In this document: piece by piece, positions 55,372 to 64,000 of the stretch
How positions within the stretch are numbered: the stretch's first letter is position 1
How the letters are laid out: each line of letters begins with the position of its first letter
From: a virus
Virus record (IMG/VR): IMGVR_UViG_3300017963_000208
Location: 3,601 to 67,600 of that record
DNA: 64,000 nucleotides
Strand: one strand, 5' to 3'
Made by a program: the position numbers and the translations under genes
The notes under the pieces: generated by a model
Told to the model about the DNA's origin: nothing
The model's database searches: none
What the model saw: the letters and a program-made list of their open reading frames with translations, nothing else

Positions 55372-57396
55372 ATGTCCGGTTGGGGAACAGGACCATGGGG
55401 CGGTGGACCCTGGGGCGGAGGAGTTTCTGACCTCAGTCTCGTAAGAGAATTTACTGCCCGAAATTCTAATCCAAATGAAATATCCTTGACATGGAAAAAA
55501 CCTCTAGGTTTTCCCAGCGATCAGGAGATAGTAGTTGTTCGACGTAAAGATTCATTTCCTATGGAACTTTACAACGACGACCCTCTCTTTTCTGCTAAGG
55601 TAAACGTCTCTGGCTTCACAGATGTAGTTCAGGTGGAGATATTCCGGGGGTCGTTAATTCGAGGTAGTAACGGAGTGGGTACCGAAGGCAAGCTCACGGA
55701 TGCTCTGATGTCTTTTCCTACTTCCCCTTCCCTAAAAGGACGGATATTAAGAGATTCTTATAGTAAAAACTACCGAATAATCAGTAATACAGCCACAGAG
55801 ATTTTTATCGATGGGAATGACATCCCAGCAGACGGACAATATGTAGTTTTGGTTGATTTTCCAAACTCCAATGAAGCTGCTATTAGTGGCACCTCCACAT
55901 CTGTAGGCTCTGGATTTTTAAGAGATACTAGTCAAAGTTTCGAGTTAGAGTCTCTCAGAGATCGTATACTGGTTGATCAGGCAGGTAACAGATTTGTTAT
56001 TATTAATAATACCTTAGACTATATCTCTGTTTCAGGAACTCCCGCGTCGGGGGACTATACCATTTTACAAGAGTTTGCCGACTTTGTTAGTCCCTCGGAG
56101 ACAGTTAAAGGTCAGTTCAGTTACGTGGATATTTATGTTAATAGTACAGAAGCAGCAGCTCGTACAGGAACTGGTCTAGAGGATAGTCAATTCTATTATT
56201 ATACTGCTTTTACTCATAAAACTGGTGAAAATGTTGCTCAGTCTGTGTTCTCTACGTTCGGCACTGCAGACGCTACTCAAAGTGCTGCTTTGTCTACATT
56301 TGATAGAGAGTTCAAAGAGATTCTTCTAAGATATTGGCCTAATGTGTTTAAATTAGGTGACCAGACTGGAGATTTCGAAGACTTGATGGCAGTATTCGGC
56401 TTCGGATTCAACGAGATATATGGTTTTGTTCATACATTTAATTTGACAAATCCTGACCGGATGTACCATACGATTCTACCAAGTTTTACAGAACAATTAG
56501 GTATATCAGTAAGGCAGGTGGGGATAGATACTAATCGACGTATTATTTCAGACCTTCTTCCTACACTTAAACAGAAGGGCTCTAAAGAAGGTATTGTAGA
56601 TTTTATAAGAATTATAACTACTTGGGATTGCACTAATGGTACTAAGGATGCCAGCTCTATTGTAGATGATGCCCCAAACCTTAATTCTTTAAGATTCTAT
56701 AGTGACACTTTGGGGTCTGATAATACGCGGTTATTTGGTTTTCAACAGGCTTTTTTAAATGACCCTTTTGTTTCCTACACCTATACTTCAGGAACAGGTG
56801 TAATTCAATGGTCTGCTACAGTGGATTTATCCAACGTAGTTGTGGGAGACTTTTTCATTGACGGAGCAGGGTCGTTTTTCGATATTCTAGGAGTAGACAA
56901 TAGTTCAAATAATATAACTATCGACGTAGGCCAAACAGTAGATACGTCTTCAGGTGGGGATATATATAAGAAGACGCCTCTCACAGATGTGGGCACATTC
57001 TTCGATACTTTACCCGGCATCATTATTCCTGGGTTCTTTACCTTTAGGGAATTTGTGGTAGAAGTTGAGGACATAGCCTTATTTGTTGGTGAGAGCACAA
57101 ATATAGAGCTTTTTGAAGATATTAGCCGGTTGACAGATTCTACGGCTAACTTCGGCGGTATTAATAATCTCGTAGGTAACTTCTTGATTCCTAAACAGGG
57201 TCAAGTTAATGATATCTTTGAGATTATTTCTAACACCGCAACTACGATTACAGTATCAGGGGTAGCTAGAGACCCAGAACCCGTAGGAGACTATGTAGTT
57301 CTTTCACCCCTGAATACAGCACGATTTAGGGTTATTTTATCTTTGATGCGTTCATTCGCACCATCCAATTCAAGAATGGGAATACAATTTACGTAA
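55372..57396 (+). CDS. Baseplate wedge protein, P2 gpI / gp7-like, with FN3-like and inserted domains
   Basis: LL.YWP..FK..D..GDF..L, L..F...LG, RR.I......KQKGS..GI...IR.IT.W. Confidence 0.7.
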   Translation: MSGWGTGPWGGGPWGGGVSDLSLVREFTARNSNPNEISLTWKKPLGFPSDQEIVVVRRKDSFPMELYNDDPLFSAKVNVSGFTDVVQVEIFRGSLIRGSNGVGTEGKLTDALMSFPTSPSLKGRILRDSYSKNYRIISNTATEIFIDGNDIPADGQYVVLVDFPNSNEAAISGTSTSVGSGFLRDTSQSFELESLRDRILVDQAGNRFVIINNTLDYISVSGTPASGDYTILQEFADFVSPSETVKGQFSYVDIYVNSTEAAARTGTGLEDSQFYYYTAFTHKTGENVAQSVFSTFGTADATQSAALSTFDREFKEILLRYWPNVFKLGDQTGDFEDLMAVFGFGFNEIYGFVHTFNLTNPDRMYHTILPSFTEQLGISVRQVGIDTNRRIISDLLPTLKQKGSKEGIVDFIRIITTWDCTNGTKDASSIVDDAPNLNSLRFYSDTLGSDNTRLFGFQQAFLNDPFVSYTYTSGTGVIQWSATVDLSNVVVGDFFIDGAGSFFDILGVDNSSNNITIDVGQTVDTSSGGDIYKKTPLTDVGTFFDTLPGIIIPGFFTFREFVVEVEDIALFVGESTNIELFEDISRLTDSTANFGGINNLVGNFLIPKQGQVNDIFEIISNTATTITVSGVARDPEPVGDYVVLSPLNTARFRVILSLMRSFAPSNSRMGIQFT

Positions 57397-57411
57397 GTAG
57401 GAGATTAATCG

Positions 57412-60400
57412 ATGGCTCTGCCTACCAATACATTTAGACCACTGAGGTATTTTCGGAGCAAATTTCGGGAAGGTAAATACTTACTCGCTGCTGAAGCTAC
57501 CGATATACAATTAGAGACTTTTGAGGATCTTAGGCGGTTTATTCTAAATACCTACGGCGATGTTGCTGTTGGTCCCGCCTTTAGACCCGACCAGATATCT
57601 ACGACTGAAATTCGACTTCGCCCCGGTGAAGCGTGGGACGGAGGAGTTCCGTTTCAGCTTAAATCAGGTACCGACGCTAGAGTTGTAGCTGGAGTTTTAC
57701 CCACTGGGGTAACTTTAGTTGACACTTCGGCTGGAGCTTTGGACACTGGAGGTAAAAGTCTAGACCTGTCCGGAGGGCTCACAGACGGTTCTTATTCCGT
57801 TGTTATGGAAGCTTATGAAGAGATTGTTAAAGAAGCTGGTGCTGGAGCAGTAGACGGCTTTCTGGAAGGCGTAAACGTTGGGGAAGGTACTCAACATAAG
57901 TTTAGGTTAGTCTATAAGGTTAATGTGGTCGAAACCTCGGACTTAACTCAAACTCCTACCTACCCTCTATCTGGAGCAGGTATTGATTATCATTACGTAA
58001 ATGAAATTAATCTTACTCCTTCGGCTTCTGAAAATTACCTGGTTTCATCCATCGATATTACACCAGACGTTAATGGAGCTGATAGGCGGATTGTTCTTAA
58101 TAACTCCGCAAGCAATATCCCATTCTCAGTAGATGCCGAGGATTTCATCTTCGGTACGTTAGAAGACTCTGATGGAAATCTCTTTACAATTACAAGTATT
58201 TCCACGAGTGATGGTGGTGCGACGGTCACTATGTTGTTGGACCGCGAGGTGGACATCAACACCAACGTACCTAAAGCTGGCCTCCCAGTAATAACCAATG
58301 GCGTTGATTATAAGATTAAGAAGAGAGACTTCTTTGTAACAGACGCAACTGGAGTTCCGGAAGGCAAACGATTCTTTAGAGTGGCAGACTTTACCTTTGC
58401 TACTGGGGCTCTTACAGGCCTCACAGACCTTAGAACCGTAACTGAAATTAACAGTTTTGGGACTGACCCTAATGCTAGACTCTCCGGTGGTGGAGAGATT
58501 TCTTGGAGCCTGGTTACTAACGCCTTGACTCATAGTCAGGATTTTGACATAAGTCTGCCTGGATTAGCCTATTTGGGCAGCGTTCCAACTCCTCCAGGAA
58601 GTATTACTCTAGCCAGTGATGGAGATGTGGCTTATATTCTACTGGATAGGGAAGCCACTGCCGATTACAGTGCTACAGCTACAGTGGTTCCTAAAGCAGA
58701 TGTACCTAGTAGCGTAGATGTCTACGTTGTGGCTGAGCGTAGAGGAAGTCGAGTATACTTCCCTCACAATGGTTCTATTGGAGATGGAGAAACGGGTATT
58801 TTGGGAGCGTTCGGAGCAGCCTTTAATAAAGACTTGTCTCTGGACCTATTAACTGACGCCATTACGGAAAACCAGGTAGACGAGGTCTTCGCAGAGACCT
58901 TTGATACTCAGAACTACGTAGATTCTGGGGCTACTATCGGTATGAATTTTGAGCCGTTTCTCAAGAGGTACGTGTCTACGACCTCTGCTAGATTTGTAGA
59001 TTATGATGCTGACGTGCTTCCAGCAGCCGACCCGCAAGACCCATGGACCAAGGTGGGGGCTCAGGTAGAAGCTGTTGCAGCAGGCATCCTAACACTTACA
59101 GATAGCTCCATAGGCGACCAAATCGCTTATACTCGCACTGAGTCAAACCTAGTACCAGATTCTCAAAATGTGGGCAAAATGAGAGCCAGGATTACCGCTG
59201 AAGGTGGTACTGGTAACCCATTTACCTATGAGGTGAGAGATGGAACTAGTGGAAAACATTTTGGATTTGCCCTAAGTACTACCGCAGTTGACCTAATTGA
59301 TGGCTCTGGAGCTTCCTTGGCTACTTACGCTTTGGACGGTACTCTATTCCATACCTATGAACTTCAAAAAATAGGTCAGTTAGCAGTTCAGTTATGGGTC
59401 GATGGTGAGCTCGTAGCAACTCAAGATTATTCAAGTATTTCCACAGGTTCTGGTGGAAGTAGTGATATTGCTTGGGGAACTACAGTTACAGCTACGGCTA
59501 CAGTTGAGTTAGATTGGGTAATTTTCAATATCTATCAGTCCATTCTTCAGACTGTAGATATCTTTAAAACCGTAAGCGTGTTCTATCCTGGCGATACCGT
59601 TCCAGCTTCTGATCCAGACAATCCCTGGACAGTACAAGATGGTGGAGGAGGCATCTCCGAAGCGACATCGGGTGGTAGACTAACTATTACCGATAATATA
59701 GGAACGAACCGAATCGCTTACGAGCGGTCAGAGGCTAAATTAGCCCGTCATGGTAATCTTGAAGTTGAAATGAGAGTAGAGATTGAGACCGGCGGATTAT
59801 CTAGTTTTGATACCTTTGGCCTGCGTTTTGCGGATGGAGCTAAAGACATCGCAGCCTACATTAGAGATGTTGCTGGACAGTTAAAGGTGGGTCTCTATGA
59901 TGGTTCTAGCGTAGTCCTGAGAAGCTCTGAAATCGACCTTAATAATGACGAAGAGTATGTTATTAAGATCGTTAAGACTAGAGATGAAGAATGCGCTTTA
60001 TATGTGGACGGAGTTCTCCGAGACCAGGCTTCCTATGATTCCTTCAAGGACATAACCACAGATAAGAAGATTTATTTTGGTGGATTCACTGTTGCTTCCC
60101 AGTATGTGGCTAATATTGATTGGGTTCAATATGCTCTTCCTGGAGATGGTAGTCTAGCCAAAACCCCAGTGATTGAGTTGCTGGCTTCTATCAGTGGAGA
60201 TGACCCTGCCTACTCAGTGTTTCTAAGTACTGATGGAGGTACAACCTGGTTTGAGGCTCCCGAACGAGAGTTCATAGAAATTGCGGATAAGACTAAATCG
60301 GGCGCAAGTCTTATAGCTAGAATAGCTCTCTCAACCATTAGTTCTACCCTGACAGATTTTGGTGTCTACTATAATAGAACCGACTTAGCTCAGGTAGAAG

Positions 60401-60696
60401 CTCTAGATGTTGGGCAGATTATCTATCGAAAAGTAGTTAGTAATTCTAGCCCCATTCCAACTGGAGCCACATATATTGAAGTTTCTGGTTCAGGTACCAG
60501 AGCTTTAGATGATGGCGCTACTGCTGGACAAATGCTAATCCTTACGGGAGAAACTGGAGGTGGTACTGCTATCACTATCCAGGCAGCAGGAACTAATGTT
60601 CAAATGCCGTCTGATGTTACTTTAAATGAATATGATTCCATTGGGTTTATTTGGAATGGAACCTACTGGGTTGAACTTCATAGATCTAATAATTAA
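57412..60696 (+). CDS. Large baseplate-anchored tail fibre-like protein with two lectin/LamG-like repeats
   Basis: N-terminal F..GKYL.A.E..D.Q anchoring pattern; duplicated DP.DPW...G.LT.TD......Y.R.E...LWVDG...IDWV.Y units. Confidence 0.7.
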   Translation: MALPTNTFRPLRYFRSKFREGKYLLAAEATDIQLETFEDLRRFILNTYGDVAVGPAFRPDQISTTEIRLRPGEAWDGGVPFQLKSGTDARVVAGVLPTGVTLVDTSAGALDTGGKSLDLSGGLTDGSYSVVMEAYEEIVKEAGAGAVDGFLEGVNVGEGTQHKFRLVYKVNVVETSDLTQTPTYPLSGAGIDYHYVNEINLTPSASENYLVSSIDITPDVNGADRRIVLNNSASNIPFSVDAEDFIFGTLEDSDGNLFTITSISTSDGGATVTMLLDREVDINTNVPKAGLPVITNGVDYKIKKRDFFVTDATGVPEGKRFFRVADFTFATGALTGLTDLRTVTEINSFGTDPNARLSGGGEISWSLVTNALTHSQDFDISLPGLAYLGSVPTPPGSITLASDGDVAYILLDREATADYSATATVVPKADVPSSVDVYVVAERRGSRVYFPHNGSIGDGETGILGAFGAAFNKDLSLDLLTDAITENQVDEVFAETFDTQNYVDSGATIGMNFEPFLKRYVSTTSARFVDYDADVLPAADPQDPWTKVGAQVEAVAAGILTLTDSSIGDQIAYTRTESNLVPDSQNVGKMRARITAEGGTGNPFTYEVRDGTSGKHFGFALSTTAVDLIDGSGASLATYALDGTLFHTYELQKIGQLAVQLWVDGELVATQDYSSISTGSGGSSDIAWGTTVTATATVELDWVIFNIYQSILQTVDIFKTVSVFYPGDTVPASDPDNPWTVQDGGGGISEATSGGRLTITDNIGTNRIAYERSEAKLARHGNLEVEMRVEIETGGLSSFDTFGLRFADGAKDIAAYIRDVAGQLKVGLYDGSSVVLRSSEIDLNNDEEYVIKIVKTRDEECALYVDGVLRDQASYDSFKDITTDKKIYFGGFTVASQYVANIDWVQYALPGDGSLAKTPVIELLASISGDDPAYSVFLSTDGGTTWFEAPEREFIEIADKTKSGASLIARIALSTISSTLTDFGVYYNRTDLAQVEALDVGQIIYRKVVSNSSPIPTGATYIEVSGSGTRALDDGATAGQMLILTGETGGGTAITIQAAGTNVQMPSDVTLNEYDSIGFIWNGTYWVELHRSNN

Positions 60697-60707
60697 GAGG
60701 GCTTAAT

Positions 60708-61616
60708 ATGGCAATTGTTAAAGGTTCGGGGCAAAATTTCAGTAAAAAGCCCACTAATATTGGCATTCCGGTTGTCACTCAGCCCAAGGAATTGATTACT
60801 GCTTTGGCATTAACCGGCAACGGAGATATGGACGAAAATACTCCAGAAACTCTATACTTTCACGTATTTGGAGGAGTGCCTGGAGACATACGTCTATATA
60901 TCTATGGGGAAGAATTTAGTCCTTTCCACTATTCCGAGTTACCTCAGCATAATCATGGGCCGGGAAGTTACCAATCAAGTAACGTAAACTCGGGGTCAAC
61001 CACGCATGCTCATGGAAATACTTTTTCCATTAATAACACTAACCTGTCTCATGGTCATAGTTACTCTATGGGATCAGACAGTCACAGACATAGAGTTTGG
61101 TCTATTCCCAACACCCCCACTGCTTTAGGTGTTCTTTTAAGTAGTGGTAGTCAGGGATGGTATGATGCTGCTCCTGGTAATGGTCATCAGTTGTTAGAAA
61201 ATGATAGTCACTCTCATAGTTTGACTATTTACAATAACTTAGGGAACCATAGTCATGGTATTAGCGGTGGGATAACCAACAATAGTATTAATAGTCACCA
61301 ACATGCTGTAAGTAGTGGTAGTTCTTCCAACACTGGTTTGGTTGGACCAGCAGCCTTAAACACAGTAGCCGTCAAAGACTATTTTGATGATTTGCAGATT
61401 GAGGTGGATGGTGTAGACCGTACAGCTACTCTTAAAACTCAAGCAGGCGTAGCTAAATTTGGTGACGGTACGGCTGGACATTCTATAGTGACCACAGGTA
61501 TCGAGTTACAACTAGGTTCATTTATTTCCACTCCGGGACAACATAAGATTGTATTTAGTCTTGGTGGTTCTCAGAATGGTGGTAAATTGAGGTATAATCT
61601 TTATCTATTAGCGTAA
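60708..61616 (+). CDS. Tail fibre tip-like protein with seven HxH motifs
   Basis: HNH, HAH, HGH, HRH, HSH, HSH, HQH within residues ~80-200. Confidence 0.7.
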   Translation: MAIVKGSGQNFSKKPTNIGIPVVTQPKELITALALTGNGDMDENTPETLYFHVFGGVPGDIRLYIYGEEFSPFHYSELPQHNHGPGSYQSSNVNSGSTTHAHGNTFSINNTNLSHGHSYSMGSDSHRHRVWSIPNTPTALGVLLSSGSQGWYDAAPGNGHQLLENDSHSHSLTIYNNLGNHSHGISGGITNNSINSHQHAVSSGSSSNTGLVGPAALNTVAVKDYFDDLQIEVDGVDRTATLKTQAGVAKFGDGTAGHSIVTTGIELQLGSFISTPGQHKIVFSLGGSQNGGKLRYNLYLLA

Positions 61617-61620
61617 GACA

Positions 61621-61791
61621 ATGAATAAAGCAAAAGTAGAAGAACAATTAAAAATACTAGAAAATTTAGTTGAAGAAGATCTTTCTAATGGCCGTGCAGT
61701 TCAAAAACGACTTAGAGAGAAAATCACTAAAAAAGGTAAGTGTCCTCTAACTATAGTGGAAGAATTAAAAGACCTTAAGAAAGAGAGCTAA
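61621..61791 (+). CDS. Small hypothetical protein (56 aa)
   Basis: Manual translation MNKAKVEEQLKILENLVEED...KDLKKES*. Confidence 0.5.
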   Translation: MNKAKVEEQLKILENLVEEDLSNGRAVQKRLREKITKKGKCPLTIVEELKDLKKES

Positions 61792-61795
61792 TCCT

Positions 61796-62074
61796 ATGAT
61801 TGTGACTTGGCCGGTAGCCGTAGGAGTAGTGTGCTCTGTGGGCACCATCTGCTTGACAATTTTAAAAATTATTCAAATGAGAAAGCCAACTGTGGAGGAA
61901 TCTCCTGTAACTAAGTGTGAAAAATTGCAGGATAGGCTTGCAGAAGTTGAGAAAAAGCTAGCTGTTCTACAGGCACATATGGAAGAGTGCCGGCGAGATA
62001 GAGAAGAATTTGGAGAACATCTAGAAAAAGTAAATGACCTATTAATTAAGATACTTACAGACCAGAGAGATTAA
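61796..62074 (+). CDS. Holin-like / lysis-associated membrane protein
   Basis: One N-terminal TM segment plus coiled coil, just before the endolysin. Confidence 0.55.
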   Translation: MIVTWPVAVGVVCSVGTICLTILKIIQMRKPTVEESPVTKCEKLQDRLAEVEKKLAVLQAHMEECRRDREEFGEHLEKVNDLLIKILTDQRD

Positions 62075-62117
62075 ATTTTCCTACGACGAGGCCTCTTTTT
62101 AGTTTTAGGGAGGAATT

Positions 62118-62702
62118 ATGGACCTTCTCAAAATCATTATAAAAATTATAACCAGTTTTTTCAAAAAAGATATTCCCGAACCTAAAGAGCCAGAAATCAT
62201 AGAACTTGGTTATACCAACGAGGAGAGAGAAGTGAAGTGGGTAAAAAGCCCAAACTATAGCGTGAAGGCAGACAGAGAAATCTCTGCCATAATCTTACAT
62301 CACACAGCCAGTTGGAACTTTGAGAACACTGTAACCTGGTTAGCTGACCCTGCTGCTAAAGCCTCTGCTCATTACGTGATTAGCCGAAAGGGTGAGATAG
62401 TCCAAATGGTACTGGATAAGCACAGAGCATGGCATGCTGGTGTCTCAGAACTTGACGGACGCAAGCACGTAAATAACTTCTCTATTGGTATCGAACTAAT
62501 GGGAAATACGTGTGAGAAACCTCTGACAGAAGAACAGTGGAAGGCTATGGTGTGGTTAGTAAAGAAGTTGATGGCTGAATATGATATTCCAGCCCACCGA
62601 GTAGTAGACCACCGAAAGGTGTCCCCTGGACGCAAGGTAGACTTAGACCCTACTAACTTTGACTGGACTCAGTTCTATAAAGATATTGGGGCCATAGAAT
62701 AA
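62118..62702 (+). CDS. Endolysin, N-acetylmuramoyl-L-alanine amidase (Amidase_2, AmpD-like)
   Basis: IILHHTA, SAHYVI...G.IVQ.V....AWHAG.S, N..SIGIEL, H..V.PGRK.D. Confidence 0.92.
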   Translation: MDLLKIIIKIITSFFKKDIPEPKEPEIIELGYTNEEREVKWVKSPNYSVKADREISAIILHHTASWNFENTVTWLADPAAKASAHYVISRKGEIVQMVLDKHRAWHAGVSELDGRKHVNNFSIGIELMGNTCEKPLTEEQWKAMVWLVKKLMAEYDIPAHRVVDHRKVSPGRKVDLDPTNFDWTQFYKDIGAIE

Positions 62703-62734
62703 AAAAGGGAGCTAGAGATTAACCCTAGCCCCCT
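62701..62734 (-). terminator. Rho-independent terminator between convergent genes (U-tract on minus strand)
   Basis: AAAAAAGGGAGCTAG-loop-CTAGCCCCCT. Confidence 0.65.
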
Positions 62735-62769
62735 AAGTGTTGCGGAGATTGTTAGATTTATTCTCCGCA

Positions 62770-63258
62770 CTATCCTCCGAACTCCTCTTTCAAGAAATCT
62801 CTTAAATCCTCGAAAGACTTAAATACCTCGTCACAGCACCCCCTAGCCCAAGCAGGCAAAGGAGCTGACTGAACGCAATAAACAGGTTTACCTGCCCTAT
62901 AAGCGATAGTCATTTCGCTATGGGTACCTGCCCCACTCTTACATCCCTTATCCCATAAAACGATAACTGCATCCGTCTTATTTTGCACTAGGTCGCAATC
63001 GAAGTCTATGACTTTTCTCATATACCTGACGCCCCGTTCTACGTGCAGAGGGTCTTCTGAGTCGAGTAGGTCATACCAGTGAGTCATTCCCTCGGGAAGT
63101 CTTCCTGGCCGCAAGCCTTTAAGTTGTAACGGCTCTAATTTATAAGGATTTAAAACCGTGAATCCTAGTTCTTCCAGAAAGGGAGTAATGTCTTCCCTCC
63201 ACTGAGCATCGTGAGGATTCTTACCCATACGGCCTGCTAAGTAAACTTTAGTTTTCAT
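62770..63258 (-). CDS. Nucleoside 2-deoxyribosyltransferase-like (NDT superfamily) protein
   Basis: KVYLAG.M, LNP, D...V...DAVIV, GAGT.SE...AY..GKPV. Confidence 0.8.
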   Translation of the reverse strand: MKTKVYLAGRMGKNPHDAQWREDITPFLEELGFTVLNPYKLEPLQLKGLRPGRLPEGMTHWYDLLDSEDPLHVERGVRYMRKVIDFDCDLVQNKTDAVIVLWDKGCKSGAGTHSEMTIAYRAGKPVYCVQSAPLPAWARGCCDEVFKSFEDLRDFLKEEFGG

Positions 63259-63277
63259 TACGTGTATCTAACCCCGT

Positions 63278-63421
63278 CTAAAAGGTGAAATAAAGATACA
63301 TTAAGCCCATCTGGGATAACATACCCATTAGTTTAGCGACTAAGAATCCCAACCCACCGAACACTCCACACACAAAAGCGGTAACCGCTAAACCTGCCAA
63401 TGATTTAATAGTCTTTTTCAT
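63278..63421 (-). CDS. Small membrane protein (47 aa)
   Basis: MKKTIKSLAGLAVTAFVCGVFGGLGFLVAKL...; GGAGG RBS, TAATG coupling. Confidence 0.55.
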   Translation of the reverse strand: MKKTIKSLAGLAVTAFVCGVFGGLGFLVAKLMGMLSQMGLMYLYFTF

Positions 63422-63765
63422 TAATCCTCCTTAGATACGAACCGAGTTTTAAACAGAACCAAAATTAGGGCTACGGGCGGTAAAAACAAAGCCCAAAAGA
63501 TGAGCCAGCCAATTGACCCTTTATATTTCAATTTAGATTCTTTCATTTCGTTCTCCTTTTTTACCCAATCTTCATCATAGTATTCGTCCAAAGCTGATTG
63601 AACCAAGGCATAATCCTCATCTGAGAAATAATAATTCCTCTTACATTTCAACCATACAAATAGAGAGCACCACCGATCTTCCTCTTCTGGGGCATTCGGA
63701 TCAACTTCTATTTCTGAGTTATGTAGAAGGTTTATTAATTCCCGAGCTGTGAGTTTCTTGTTCAT
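63421..63765 (-). CDS. Hypothetical protein with C-terminal TM segment
   Basis: ORF track; GWLIFWALFLPPVALILVLF. Confidence 0.65.
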   Translation of the reverse strand: MNKKLTARELINLLHNSEIEVDPNAPEEEDRWCSLFVWLKCKRNYYFSDEDYALVQSALDEYYDEDWVKKENEMKESKLKYKGSIGWLIFWALFLPPVALILVLFKTRFVSKED

Positions 63766-64000
63766 TTACACACCACCGACACTTGCATATAAATTCTGCC
63801 TACCTCTATGGGCGTAATATCCACAGATATCTTCTTAGGGGACACATACCCATTTTGTCTACAGGCTATAGTAGCCGATTTAACAATAGTAAAAGAGTCC
63901 ATCTCTTTAAGGGCCATGTTTAGCCTTGCTTTTTCTGGGCCTGTCAGATTAACCTTAGTTTCATAACATCCAGCAAATCCTACAGAGATAGCTAGCAGCC
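63762..64000 (-). CDS. Putative lipoprotein, 5' end outside window
   Basis: Open frame LLAISVGFAGCYETKV...SVVCK*; lipobox-like FAGC. Confidence 0.5.
   Translation of the reverse strand, partial: LLAISVGFAGCYETKVNLTGPEKARLNMALKEMDSFTIVKSATIACRQNGYVSPKKISVDITPIEVGRIYMQVSVVCK

Noticed and set aside
12240-62635. Numerous antisense or alternative-frame ORFs inside structural genes (e.g. 16402-16917, 29071-29466, 34971-35525, 39530-39961)
   Set aside because: Shadows of long biased coding sequences; S/T/P-rich, no motifs, fully overlapped by well-supported genes.
1-64000. Stop-codon reassignment, introns/inteins, integrase or transposase
   Set aside because: Genes tile cleanly under the standard code with TAG, TGA and TAA all used as stops; terL and capsid are uninterrupted; no recombinase motifs were seen.

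Overview
A 64-kb slice of a large lytic tailed phage (myovirus type, contractile tail, standard genetic code). The host is probably Gram-negative: there is an AmpD-like amidase, a lipobox protein and sigma54-type boxes. 1-4.0 kb (minus strand) and 8.76-12.2 kb (plus strand) are two divergent clusters of small early genes. They flank a compositionally distinct ~4.6-kb island (4.08-8.7 kb) carrying ArdC-like, Gp88-like and HNH-like genes and a ~1.1-kb non-coding stretch. 12.3-62.7 kb is one plus-strand morphogenesis block: terminase, portal, scaffold, major capsid, a tandem array of paralogous fibre-like proteins, neck, sheath, three tube paralogs, a -1 frameshifting tail chaperone, tape measure, baseplate, three beta-helix tailspikes, fibres, holin-like protein and amidase. 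A convergent minus-strand block begins at 62.77 kb. The most unusual observations are three. (1) At least 14 highly diverged small SH3/KOW-like proteins all end in the same short helix motif, [DNSE]-[TVIP]-[ILVM]-x-[YHTQM]-M-[KR]-x-[KR]-[KR]; one copy has L in place of M. They are split between the two early clusters. (2) About ten sigma54 (-24/-12) boxes are packed into two clusters at the island borders, three of them exactly 29 bp apart, next to a divergent sigma70 promoter pair sharing one palindromic -35. (3) An identical 18-bp promoter motif heads three plus-strand early units. All family assignments come from motif recognition by eye; no database search was run.
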